From Macrostomum lignano (taxonomy: Eukaryota), in assembly GCA_002269645.1 (NCBI GenBank), contig NIVC01002795.1, positions 1 to 27,377 on the forward strand: a stretch of 27,377 nt of DNA, read 5' to 3'. Each line of letters opens with the position of its first letter. Position 1 is the first letter of the stretch. The notes beneath the pieces were generated by a model, which saw nothing but the letters and a program-made list of their open reading frames with translations, made no database searches and was not told where the DNA came from. The position numbers and the translations under genes were made by a program. Below are positions 1 to 11,900 of this stretch, one piece after another.

Positions 1-256
1 TCAGCCACCTGAATCTTATCTTCTCAGCCCCCTGAATCATCATCTCTCAGCCACCTGAATCATCATCTATCAGCACCTGAATCATCATCTATCAGCCACC
101 TGAATCATATCTCTCAGCCACCTGAATCATTATCTCTCAGCCACCTGAATCATTATCTCTCAGCCCCCTGAATCATCATCTCTCAGCCCCTGATCATCAT
201 CTATCAGCCACCTGAATCATATCTCTCAGACACCTGAATCATTATCTCTCAGCCCT
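1..256. repeat. Degenerate ~23-bp minisatellite (TCAGCCACCTGAATCATCATCTC) in the last intron of the upstream gene
   Basis: About 11 visible tandem copies, truncated by the window start and ending just before the acceptor CCGCAG at 275-280. Confidence 0.95.
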
Positions 257-280
257 TGAATCCCTTCACCAACTCCGCAG

Positions 281-474
281 GTTAGCTGATAGTTGCCACC
301 ATTCTGCTGTCGCTGGTGCTGCTGAGCTGCATCGCAGTGAAGCACCGCGACAGCCTTCGCCAGCGGCTTGTGGCAGCCGTCCTCCGGACCCGGCCGCAGG
401 ACGCCGTGCTGATGGGAGAGCAGTCCGGTAGCATGATGCCGCTGAGTCTGGAGCAGTTCGATGATGACAATTAG
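281..474 (+). CDS. Terminal exon of an upstream gene: TM helix plus short cytoplasmic tail (LIVATILLSLVLLSCIAVKHRDSLRQRL...LEQFDDDN*), probable paralog of gene A
   Basis: 62 open codons from 286 to TAG at 472-474, a hydrophobic 18-mer followed by basic residues, ungapped similarity to gene A exon 11, and AATAAA at 696-701. An in-frame TAG lies at 283-285 if the acceptor at 280 is used. Not in the ORF track because it has no start codon. Confidence 0.7.
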
Positions 475-695
475 TAGATTTCACCTGAGCTTGCCTGCTT
501 CTTCTGAGCGGCTGACTGACTGGCTGTCTTGTGGCTCGCTCGTACAGATATCACTAAAATGTCCAGAAGTATCCCATGAAGCAATTCCGACTCAAATATT
601 TCTAGTGGCTGTTGTTCAGATAATTGGCTTCACAATACAAATCATTCCACCGCCTGCACTGAATTACTGCTGATTAGCAAATACGAGATGAAATG

Positions 696-701
696 AATAA
701 A
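696..701 (+). promoter_or_regulatory. Candidate polyadenylation signal of the upstream gene
   Basis: AATAAA about 220 nt after the stop, in AT-rich sequence. Confidence 0.45.
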
Positions 702-843
702 AATATACCTGAGCAATGCTTGCATTAGTTTAACAGTATAATAGTAACAAAATAATAATTGCAAAATCCGCCTCTGGTATTCGAAATTCACATTGGTTAG
801 TCATTATATACAGTTGGTCATTAGTCAGTCTGTTAATCATCAA

Positions 844-1450
844 CTACAACAACAGAATACGCTTCAAGGCCAGGTCGCGGATGAACGCCACGCCGCCGGC
901 CGAATCCGGGGCGCCGGCGTCAGCCAGCAGGCAGTCGACGAAACGCCCAGTGCGCGCCTGCCCCTGCCAGTAGGTTGCCTGCAGCGTTAGCAGCAGCACC
1001 TCCTGCACCGGCTCTGGGCAGTACGACTCGGTGCGGATGATGTGGTCTGCCAGCTGGAGTCGCCGACGGCGCAGCAGGGGTCGCTTGGACGGCCCAAGCC
1101 GGCGCGGCGATACAAAGCCGCGTTGGTCACTCGCTCGTAGCCGATCTTGAAGGCGGCGCGCAGCAGGTCAGCGTGCGCCGCGTCAACTTGCTGCTCGAGC
1201 GACTCCGTCAGCGTCCAGGTCTCGACCACCGCATGGAAAAACGCCGCCCTCTGGCTGTCAGGTAAGGCCTCGGACTGCAGGACTGCCCTCACAGAACAAA
1301 AGGCAGCCCAGGCAAGCCCGCGGCGACGCCGCAAATCCTCGCGGACGCCGGGAACCAGACCGCCGAGGTGGACGAGGTAGCGCGGAAGCTCTGTCGCCTG
1401 TCCATCAGCGCCTCGGCACCAAATCGCAGCCTCGATGTCGTCCGACAGTT
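844..1450 (-). mobile_element. 5'-truncated, degenerate non-LTR retrotransposon (RTE-like LINE; C-terminal part of the RT ORF)
   Basis: Minus-strand translation: ...HLGGLVPGVREDLRRRRGLAWAAF...AVVETWTLTESLEQQVDAAHADLLRAAF...VTNAALYRRAGLGRPSD, a frameshift near 1078, then LLRRRRLQLADHIIRTESYCPEPVQEVLLL...LKRILLL*. This matches the post-RT motifs of RTE-type elements (YLG, R..AW.AF, ETWTLT, TN..LY, RRL.LAGH). The usual LLYxA before ETWT is deleted. Confidence 0.85.
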
Positions 1451-1645
1451 GTCATTTGTCACAGTTCATTAGTCATTTGTCACAGTTCAATAGTCATTTG
1501 TCACAGTTCACAATCAGCAGCGTGCTGCTCACCTGAATTTAGTCAGAGTCCTCGTCGCCTTTGTTGTGAAGAGCGAAGTGTCGAGATAGAAGGTCAGGCA
1601 AACATAATATCAATGACTGACTGTTTAGATCATCCCTCAGTATTA

Positions 1646-2097
1646 TCTGACACTATAACACACTGCACAGCTGCTAGATCTGACACTATAGCACACTGCA
1701 CAGCTGCTAGATCTGACACTATAGCACACTGCACAGCTGCTAGATCTGACACTATAGCACACTGCACAGCTGCTAGATCTGACACTATAGCACACTGCAC
1801 AGCTGCTAGATCTGACACTATAGCACACTGCACAGCTGCTAGATCTGACACTATAGCACACTGCACAGCTGCTAGATCTGACACTATAGCACACTGCACA
1901 GCTGCTAGATCTGACACTATAGCACACTGCACAGCTGCTAGATCTGACACTATAGCACACTGCACAGCTGCTAGATCTGACACTATAGCACACTGCACAG
2001 CTGCTAGATCTGACACTATAGCACACTGCACAGCTGCTAGATCTGACACTATAGCACACTGCACAGCTGCTAGATCTGACACTATAGCACACTGCAC
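1646..2097. repeat. Near-perfect 33-bp minisatellite (TCTGACACTATAGCACACTGCACAGCTGCTAGA), about 13.7 copies
   Basis: Directly visible; explains the periodic ORFs at 1613, 1630 and 1643. Confidence 0.98.
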
Positions 2098-2430
2098 CGT
2101 CACCTGTGACAGGATGCAGTTTAACTATTAGCGATAAAAGGTTATGCAACGCTTCACATAGTCAGCAAAACCATAATTTTGAAACATCAGAGCCCAGCGC
2201 GCAATTGTGCAACTTTATTTATTCAGATTATCAAGCATAGAAATCTATAAAGCCTGAAATAATTTGATGCAACTGTGTTGCACTGTCTGATTGGAGTCAG
2301 ATAAGGAATGTTTATGCTAAGCGATGCCACTCGCCTGCTGAATGGCAATATAATGTGACCCTGTCTTGGTCAGCTTTGATGCAAATGTCAACTGTTGTTA
2401 CATTGAATTGCTGGGCTCAAACTGTGCTAA

Positions 2431-2938
2431 ATGACTGTGGGTGGCTCAGCTCTGCTTTGGCTGCTCCTGCTGACCAGCGGGTTGCTGGGGGCGTCAGAAC
2501 ATTGCCCGACAGTAGCGACCAGAGTCCTCAACAGTAAGCCAAGGATTGTAATCTACTCGCATTCCGAGTACGAGGCTGGCGAGAGCTACGACAGCCGAGC
2601 CAACTGCCTCTACAATGGCGGCGCACCCGAGCCAGCCGGCTACTGGTGGCGGATCACCTTCGAGAAGATCGAGCTGGAAACGTCCAGCACTTTTCAGCGG
2701 TGCAAGTACGACAATTTGACTGTGATGTACATGCTGAACGGGGCCAGGGAGACTCGGGTGCTGTGCGGCCGGCACTCCAATCTCGTGCTGCTGACTGACG
2801 CACCTTTCACACTTCGATTCGTGTCCGACTCCAGCGTGAACATGCGCGGCTTCAAGGTTTACTATGAGCAAGTCAGCCCGGTGGAGGCCGCGGCCATGAT
2901 CAGGAGAAATGAGATCAGCCCGGTTTTCCGGACCACAG
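2431..2938 (+). CDS. Gene A exon 1: signal peptide plus canonical CUB domain 1
   Basis: ATG at 2431; motifs Y....[43 protein letters not shown]; donor GTTTGT at 2939 (phase 1). Confidence 0.9.
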
Positions 2939-5900
2939 GTTTGTAGTGCATGAGCTGGATAGATTAGCAATCCATTCAGTATAGATAGATTAGCAATCCA
3001 TTCAGTATAGATGGATTAGCAATCCATTCAGAATAGATAGATTAGCAATCCAAGTCTCCGCTCAGTTTGGTTCCGCTCCCACAGGAGCAATCCATTCAGT
3101 ATAGATAGATTAGCAATCCATTCAGTATAGATGGATTAGCAATCCATTCAGAATAGATAGATTAGCAATCCAAGTCTCCGCTCAGTTTGGTTCCGCTCCC
3201 ACAGGAGCAATCCATTCAGTATAGATAGATTAGCAATCCATTCAGTATAGATAGATTAGCAATCCAAGTCTCCGCTCAGTTTGGTTCCGCTCCCACAGGA
3301 GCAAGGAACAATCTGCAGTGACCTGATTTCGCTGACTCACCCGCAGGCGCCAGAGGCTCGTGCAGCAGCATTGAACACCCTGGCAGTCCAGTCCGGTTGG
3401 CTGGCAGGTACATCAATACAACCGTGTTGGAAATGTCATCTGCTGATGGCAGCTACATTCACAACGCCGACTGCAGCTGGTCCCTGCGCGGCAGCAACCC
3501 TCTACAAGCGGTTTTCATCAAGTTCGACCGGGTGCAGCTCGAGGGCAGTTATCACAGCCCGTGCGTCCTTGACAACCTGACCGTCTCCTACCAGCTGAGG
3601 GGCAGCTCGTCAAGCCAGCGGCGGGTGTTCTGCAAGCTCAGAAGGCCCATCCAGTTGGTCAGCCAGGGCAGCGCCACTTTGGAGCTGCGAACAGATTCCA
3701 GCGTCGGCACAGGCTTCAGAGTCACCTGGTTCGCTGCGGACTTCTCCGAGCTGATTCCGGGCCAGTTTCAGACTAGCAGAGAGTTCATTGATGGTTAATA
3801 AAAAAGAGTTTATCATTAAATTGCTGATCTCTAGTCTCCCTCTTGCTTCAGCATCAAGCTTCCAGTCTCCATCGTGCTTCATCTTCAAGCTTCCAGTCTC
3901 CATCGTGCTTCATCATCAAGCTTCCAGTCTCCTTTTTGCTTCATCATGCTTCCAGTCTCCATCGTGCTTCATCATCAAGCCTTCAGTCTCCATCGTGCTT
4001 CATCTTCAAGCTTCCAGTCTCCATCGTGCTTCATCATCAAGCTTCCAGTCTCCTTTCTGCATCATCATCAAGCTTCCAGTCTCATTTTTGCATCATCATC
4101 AAGCCTTCAGTCTCATTTTTGCTTCATCATCAAGCTTCCGGTCTCCTTTGTTTCATCACCAAGCTTCCAGTCTCTCTCATACTTCATAATTAAGCTTCCG
4201 GTCTCCGTCATACTTCGTCACCAAGTTTCCAGTCTCCCACATGCTTCATCATGTGCTCATCAGCCTCTCAGCCTCATGCCTAATAGCACTGCCTCGCACC
4301 CGCAGAGCAGTGCCCAGAGAAGGTATCTATGCCCGACGGCGGCGGAATAAGACTGTACTATGATCCGCCACAGTCGTACGAACCTGGCATGTCCTGCAGC
4401 TGGACTGTGTCAGTTCCATCTGGCAAGGTGGCCGAGTTTTCATTTAACAAATTTAAATTGGCGCGCCGTATGTTCCGGTTTGGGAGGCCTTTCAGTTATT
4501 ATAACATCACGCGGCGTATCCGTGAGTGCGACGAGGGCTGCGAGGCACTGAGGGGGGAAGCAAGGGGAGCGGAGGGAGCGGTGAAGGAGTGTAAACAGTG
4601 AAGGAGGGTAAGCGGTGAAGGGGGTTAGTCGTGAAGGAGGCTAGTGGTGAAGGAGGCTAGTGGTGAAGGAGGCTAGTGGTGAAGGGGCTAGTGGTGAAGG
4701 GGGCTAGTGGTGAAGGAGGCTAGTGGTGAAGGAGGCTAGTGGTGAAGGAGGCTAGTGGTGAAGGAGGCTAGTGGTGAAGGGGGCCAGTGGTGAAGGAGGC
4801 TAGTGGTGAAGGAGGCTAGCGGTGAAGGAGGCTAGTGGTGAAGGGGGCTAGTGGTGAAGGGGGCTAGTGGTGAAGGGGGCTAATGGTGAAGGAGGCTAGT
4901 GGTGAAGGAGGCTAGTGGTGAAGGAGGCTAGCGGTGAAGGAGGCTAGCGGTGAAGGAGGCTAGCGGTGAAGGAGGGTAAGCGGTGAATTGGAGGGTGAAG
5001 GAGGATCGGTAGGTAGCGGGTCTCTAGTCACACAAAAAACAGTTTGCTAATCTTTTTTTCTCGCTCCAACTGTCCTGCAGACTTCTGCCCGATGTCCAAC
5101 GATTATGTTTCCATCACGTACAGTCAGTTCTCTGAGTACGGAGGAAGCAGAGAGTCCAAACGGTTCTGCGCAAACAGTGACGTCCAGCTGGGCGAGAAAG
5201 TTGTTACGGCTGTCGGCAGCGTTCAGATCAAGTTCCAGTCGCATCTCAGAATAGGGTCACGCAGAGATGCACGGGGATTCGAGCTTTTCTATCGGTTCGT
5301 TGATCGATCCACTCCCTGTAAGCAGCCTGATACTTTGTTTCACTTTAATGCACCCCATGCCCGCCACCCCAAAAACCCCATGCCTGCCACCCCAAACACC
5401 CATGCCCGCTACTCCAAAACACCCCATGCCCGCCACCCCAAACACCCCATGACCGCCACCCAAGCACCCCATGCCCGCCACCCCAAACCCCCATGCCTGC
5501 CACCCCAAGTATCCCATTCCCGCCACCCCATACACCCCATGCCCGCCACCCCAAACACCCCATGCCTGCCAACCCCATGCCTGCCACCCCAAACACCCCA
5601 TGCCCGCCACCCCAAAACAGCCCATAACCGCCGCCCCAAAAAGTGTCAAGCAGTCGCCACTCCGCGCCGCCCGCAGTGCTCGGCTCGTGCCCGCAGCCAC
5701 GCCAACTCAGCCCCTACAAAAGCACGATTTCCGTTCCACGGGATACATTGCCGGTTCTTGCCGGCAAAAACCAATGTTCGTGGGTGCTGCGGCCGCGAGA
5801 TTCGCAGCACTTGTTGTCACTGTCGCTCAACTTGGAGCATCCAATTTTTTCATTTCGCAGGACTCCAGATGAGTAAGTGGGTCGATGACAACTGTCAGGG

Positions 5901-8900
5901 TGCGTGCACAGAGGCGATTCTCAAATTTTCACGTTTAAAACCCGCCATTGATGGAGTCCTGCACTGAGTCCTGGATTGAGTATTGGATTGAGTATTGGAT
6001 TGAGTATTGGATTGAGTATTGGATTGAGTATTGGATTGAGTCCTGGATTGAGTATTGGATTGAGTATTGGATTGAGTCCTGGATTGAGTCCTGGATTGAG
6101 TATTGGATTGAGTATTGGATTGAGTCCTGGATTGAGTCCTGGATTGAGTCCTGGATTGAGTCCTGGATTGAGTATTGGATTGAGTATTGGATTGAGTCCT
6201 GGATTGAGTCCTGGATTGAGTATTGGATTGAGTATTGGATTGAGTATTGGATTGAGTCCTGGATTGAGTCCTGGATTGAGTCCTGGATTGAGTATTGGAT
6301 TGAGTATTAGATTGAGTATTAGATTGAGTATTGGATTGAGTATTGGATTGAGTATTGGATTGAGTATTGGATTGAGTATTGGATTGAGTATTGGATTGAG
6401 TATTGGATTGAGTATTGGATTGAGTATTGGATTGAGTCCTGGATTGAGTATTGGATTGAGTATTAGATTGAGTATTAGATTGAGTATTGGATTGAGTATT
6501 GGATTGAGTCCTGGATTAAGTCCTGGATTGAGTCAATATCAAAACCTTAAATTCTTTTACACATTTTGATACGTTATACTCTACTACTCGTATATAGTAG
6601 CAAGAAAAGAATGCGAATAATGCGATATAAATTCTCATTACTTTTAGAGCCTCAGCAATGTATCCAGGTTTAAGCGGGCCCTGCGAGCCGAGGGTTGGCT
6701 TTCGATCCAGCGCGAGAGTCCTGCCGGACGAGGACGACCCCGAGGCAGTCGGCACGAGACGGATTTTCAGCGAGGACTTCTGCACGTTTGCCAACAACAA
6801 ACCTGTCGGCCTCTTCGTCGGCGATGTGAACGTGACAATCTCAACGAGGCGGCCTGAACTCAATCTCATGGGCTTTAACCTCACCATTTTCAACATTCCA
6901 AAGCCGAAGACGGGTGCGAATCCTGATTTAGATTCCAGATCTCTTCTCAGATTCCCGATCTCTTCTCAGATTCCCGATCTCTTCTCAGATTCCCGATCTC
7001 TTCTCAGATTCCCGATCTCTTGTCAGATTCCCGATCTCTTCTCAGATTCCCGATCTCTTCTCAGATTCCCGATCTCTTGTCAGATTCCCGATCTCTTCTC
7101 AGATTCCCTCCCGATCTCTTCTCAGATTCCCGATCTCTTCTCAGATTCCCGATCTCTTCTCAGATTCCCTCCCGATCTCTTCTCAGATTCCCTCCCGATC
7201 TCTTCTCAGATTCCCGATCTCTTCTCAGATTCCCGATCTCTTGTCAGATTCCCGATCTCTTGTCAGATTCCCGATCTCTTCTCAGATTCCCTCCCGATCT
7301 CTTCTCAGATTCCCGATCTCTTCTCAGATTCCCGATCTCTTGTCAGATTCCCGATCTCTTGTCAGATTCCCGATCTCTTCTCAGATTCCCTCCCGATCTC
7401 TTCTCAGATTCCCGATCTCTTGTCAGATTCCCGATCTCTTCTCAGATTCCCGATCTCTTCTCAGATTCCCTCCCGATCTCTTCTCAGATTCCCGATCTCT
7501 TCTCAGATTCCCGATCTCTTCTCAGATTCCCGATCTCTTCTCAGATTCCCGATCTCTTGTCAGATTCCCGATCTCTTCTCAGATTCCCTCCCGATCTCTT
7601 CTCAGATTCCCGATCTCTTGTCAGATTCCCGATCTCTTGTCAGATTCCCGATCTCTTCTCAGATTCCCTCCCGATCTCTTCTCAGATTCCCGATCTCTTC
7701 TCAGATTCCCGATCTCTCAGATTCCCGATCTCTTCTCAGATTCCCGATCTCTTCTCAGATTCCCTCCCGATCTCTTCTCAGATTCCCGATCTCTTCTCAG
7801 ATTCCCGATCTCTTCTCAGATTCCCGATCTCTTTTCAGATTCCCGATCTCTTCTCAGATTCCCGATCTCTTCTCAGATTCCCGATCTCTTCTCAGATTCC
7901 CGATCTCTTCTCAGATTCCCTCCCGATCTCTTCTCAGATTCCCAATCTCTTGTCAGATTCCCGATCTCTTGTCAGATTCCCGATCTCTTGTCAGATTCCC
8001 GATCTCTTCTCAGATTCCCGATCTCTTCTCAGATTCCCTCCCGATCTCTTCTCAGATTCCCGATCTCTTCTCAGATTCCCGATCTCTTCTCAGATTCCCG
8101 ATCTCTTCTCAGATTCCCGATCTCTTCTCAGATTCCCGATCTCTTCTCAGATTCCCGATCTCTTCTCAGATTCCCGATCTCTTCTCAGATTCCCGATCTC
8201 TTCTCAGATTCCCGATCTCTTGTCAGATTCCCGATCTCTCAGATTCCCGATCTCTTCTCAGATTCCCTCCCGATCTCTTCTCAGATTCCCGATCTCTTGT
8301 CAGATTCCCGATCTCTTCTCAGATTCCCAATCTCTTCTCAGATTCCCTCCCGATCTCTTCTCAGATTCCCGATCTCTTCTCAGATTCCCGATCTCTTCTC
8401 AGATTCCCTCCCGATCTCTTCTCAGATTCCCGATCTCTTCTCAGATTCCCGATCTCTTCTCAGATTCCCGATCTCTTCTCAGATTCCCGATCTCTTCTCA
8501 GATTCCCGATCTCTTCTCAGATTCCCGATCTCTTCTCAGATTCCCGATCTCTTCTCAGATTCCCGATCTCTTGTCAGATTCCCGATCTCTTCTCAGATTC
8601 CCGATCTCTTCTCGGATTCCCGATCTCTTCTCAGATTCCCAATCTCTTCTCAGATTCCCAATCTCTTCTCAGATTCCCGATCTCTCAGATTCCCGATCTC
8701 TTCTCAGATTCCCTCCCGATCTCTTCTCAGATTCCCGATCTCTTGTCAGATTCCCGATCTCTTCTCAGATTCCCAATCTCTTCTCAGATTCCCTCCCGAT
8801 CTCTTCTCAGATTCCCGATCTCTTCTCAGATTCCCGATCTCTTCTCAGATTCCCGATCTCTTTTCAGATTCCCGATCTCTTCTCAGATTCCCGATCTCTT

Positions 8901-11900
8901 CTCAGATTCCCGATCTCTTCTCAGATTCCCGATCTCTTCTCAGATTCCCTCCCGATCTCTTCTCAGATTCCCGATCTCTTCTCAGATTCCCGATCTCTTC
9001 TCAGATTCCCTCCCGATCTCTTCTCAGATTCCCGATCTCTTCTCAGATTCCCGATCTCTTCTCAGATTCCCGATCTCTTCTCAGATTCCCGATCTCTTCT
9101 CAGATTCCCGATCTCTTCTCAGATTCCCGATCTCTTCTCAGATTCCCGATCTCTTCTCAGATTCCCGATCTCTTGTCAGATTCCCGATCTCTTCTCAGAT
9201 TCCCGATCTCTTCTCGGATTCCCGATCTCTTCTCAGATTCCCAATCTCTTCTCAGATTCCCAATCTCTTCTCAGATTCCCGATCTCTCAGATTCCCGATC
9301 TCTTCTCAGATTCCCTCCCGATCTCTTCTCAGATTCCCGATCTCTTGTCAGATTCCCGATCTCTTCTCAGATTCCCAATCTCTTCTCAGATTCCCTCCCG
9401 ATCTCTTCTCAGATTCCCGATCTCTTCTCAGATTCCCGATCTCTCAGATTCCCGATCTCTTCTCAGATTCCCGATCTCTCAGATTCCCGATCTCTTCTCA
9501 GATTCCCGATCTCTTCTCAGATTCCCGATCTCTCAGATTCCCGATCTCTTCTCAGATTCCCGATCTCTTCTCAGATTCCCGATCTCTTCTCAGATTCCCA
9601 ATCTCTTCTCAGATTCCCGATCTCTTCTCAGATTCCCAATCTCTTCTCAGATTCCCGATCTCTTCTCAGATTCCCGATCTCTTCTCAGATTCCCAATCTC
9701 TTCTCAGATTCCCGATCTCTTCTCAGATTCCCAATCTCTTCTCAGATTCCCGATCTCTTCTCAGATTCCCAATCTCTTCTCAGATTCCCAATCTCTTCTC
9801 AGATTCCCGATCTCTTCTCAGATTCCCGATCTCTTCTCAGATTCCCAATCTCTTCTCAGATTCCCGATCTCTTCTCAGATTCCCGATCTCTCAGATTCCC
9901 GATCTCTTCTCAGATTCCCGATCTCTCAGATTCCCGATCTCTTCTCAGATTCCCGATCTCTTCTCAGATTCCCGATCTCTTCTCAGATTCCCGATCTCTT
10001 CTCAGATTCCCGATCTCTTCTCAGATTCCCGATCTCTTCTCAGATTCCCGATCTCTTCTCAGATTCCCGATCTCTCAGATTCCCGATCTCTCAGATTCCC
10101 GATCTCTTCTCAGATTCCCGATCTCTCAGATTCCCGATCTCTTCTCAGATTCCCGATCTCTCAGATTCTCGATCTCTCAGATTCTCGATCTCTTCTCAGA
10201 TTCCCGATCTCTCAGATTCTCGATCTCTCAGATTCCCGATCTCTCAGATTTCCGATCTCTCAGATTCCCGATCTCTCAGATTCTCGATCTCTCAGATTCC
10301 CAATCTCTCAGATTCCCGATCTCTCAGATTCCCGATCTCTCAGATTCCCGATCTTTCAGATTCTCGATCTCTCAGATTCCCAATCTCTCAGATTCCCGAT
10401 CTCTCAGATTCCCGATCTCTCAGATTCCCGATCTCTCAGATTCCCGATCTCTCAGATTCCCGATCTCTCAGATTCCCGATCTCTTCTCAGATTCCCGATC
10501 TCTCAGATTCCCGATCTCTCAGATTCTCGATCTCTCAGATTCCCGATCTCTCAGATTCCCGATCTCTTCTCAGATTCCCGATCTCTCAGATTCCCGATCT
10601 CTCAGATTCCCGATCTCTCAGATTCCCGATCTCTCAGATTCTCGATCTCTCAGATTTCCGATCTCTCAGATTCTCGATCTCTCAGATTCCCGATCTCTCA
10701 GATTCCCGATCTCTCAGATTCCCGATCTCTTCTCAGATTCCCGATCTCTCAGATTCCCGATCTCTTCTCAGATTCCCGATCTCTCAGATTCCCGATCTCT
10801 TCTCAGATTCCCGATCTCTCAGATTCCCGATCTCTCAGATTCCCGATCTCTCAGATTCCCGATCTCTTCTCAGATTCCCGATCTCTCAGATTCCCGATCT
10901 CTCAGATTCCCGATCTCTCAGATTCTCGATCTCTCAGATTCCCGATCTCTCAGATTCCCGATCTCTCAGATTCCCGATCTCTTCTCAGATTCCCGATCTC
11001 TCAGATTCCCGATCTCTCAGATTCCCGATCTCTTCTCAGATTCCCGATCTCTCAGATTCCCGATCTCTCAGATTCTCGATCTCTCAGATTCCCGATCTCT
11101 CAGATTCCCGATCTCTTCTCAGATTCCCGATCTCTCAGATTCCCGATCTCTCAGATTCTCGATCTCTCAGATTCCCGATCTCTCAGATTCTCGATCTCTC
11201 AGATTCCCGATCTCTCAGATTCCCGATCTCTCAGATTCTCGATCTCTCAGATTCCCGATCTCTCAGATTCCCGATCTCTTCTCAGATTCCCGATCTCTCA
11301 GATTCCCGATCTCTTCTCAGATTCCCGATCTCTCAGATTCCCGATCTCTTCTCAGATTCCCGATCTCTCAGATTCCCGATCTCTCAGATTCCCGATCTCT
11401 CAGATTCCCGATCTCTTCTCAGATTCCCGATCTCTCAGATTCCCGATCTCTCAGATTCCCGATCTCTCAGATTCTCGATCTCTCAGATTCCCGATCTCTC
11501 AGATTCCCGATCTCTCAGATTCCCGATCTCTCAGATTCCCGATCTCTCAGATTCTCAATCTCTCAGATTCTCAGATTCCCTTTTTGTAACCAACCGTTGT
11601 GGTTAATGAAATGAAAATGAAAGCACGTCTACATCGATATACTAAAAATTTTATGCTAAAGCTGCTGCTCAATTCCCGCAACCTCTTGCCTACTCAAGGC
11701 TGCTCAGTCGTCAACATCAGCACCCAGTACACCAGTGGCCAGGCCTTCAAGGTCTTCAGAATCGATGCTCAACCCGGCTGTGTAGTTGCCGAATTCCTGA
11801 AGCAAACCGGATATTCTGAGTCATATTCTGTGAGCCTCTGTCCATCCTCTGCCCCTTCCCTGTGTCCTTAGTTCCTTCCCTGTGTCCTCAGTTCCTTCCC

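Noticed and set aside
793-1380. Plus-strand ORFs 793-990 and 1147-1380 as host genes
   Set aside because: Antisense shadows of the GC-rich LINE fragment.
1613-2149. ORFs from the 33-bp repeat, and the array as a CRISPR locus
   Set aside because: Head-to-tail identical units with no unique spacers, no cas genes and a eukaryotic context. The same applies to the 48-bp, 31-bp and 20-bp arrays.
5948-6569. WIEY/WIES and LSIG/LSPG repeat proteins
   Set aside because: 12-bp intronic repeat between phase-matched exons 5 and 6; a TAG variant interrupts one frame.
6658-11614. Three giant overlapping ORFs (1643, 1528 and 1457 aa) as a repetitive adhesive or mucin protein
   Set aside because: Units of 16, 19 and 23 nt are not codon multiples, all three frames give the same peptide, and the openness follows from the absence of stop triplets in the monomer. 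Only 6648-6913 looks like real coding sequence, and it ends at a phase-compatible donor.
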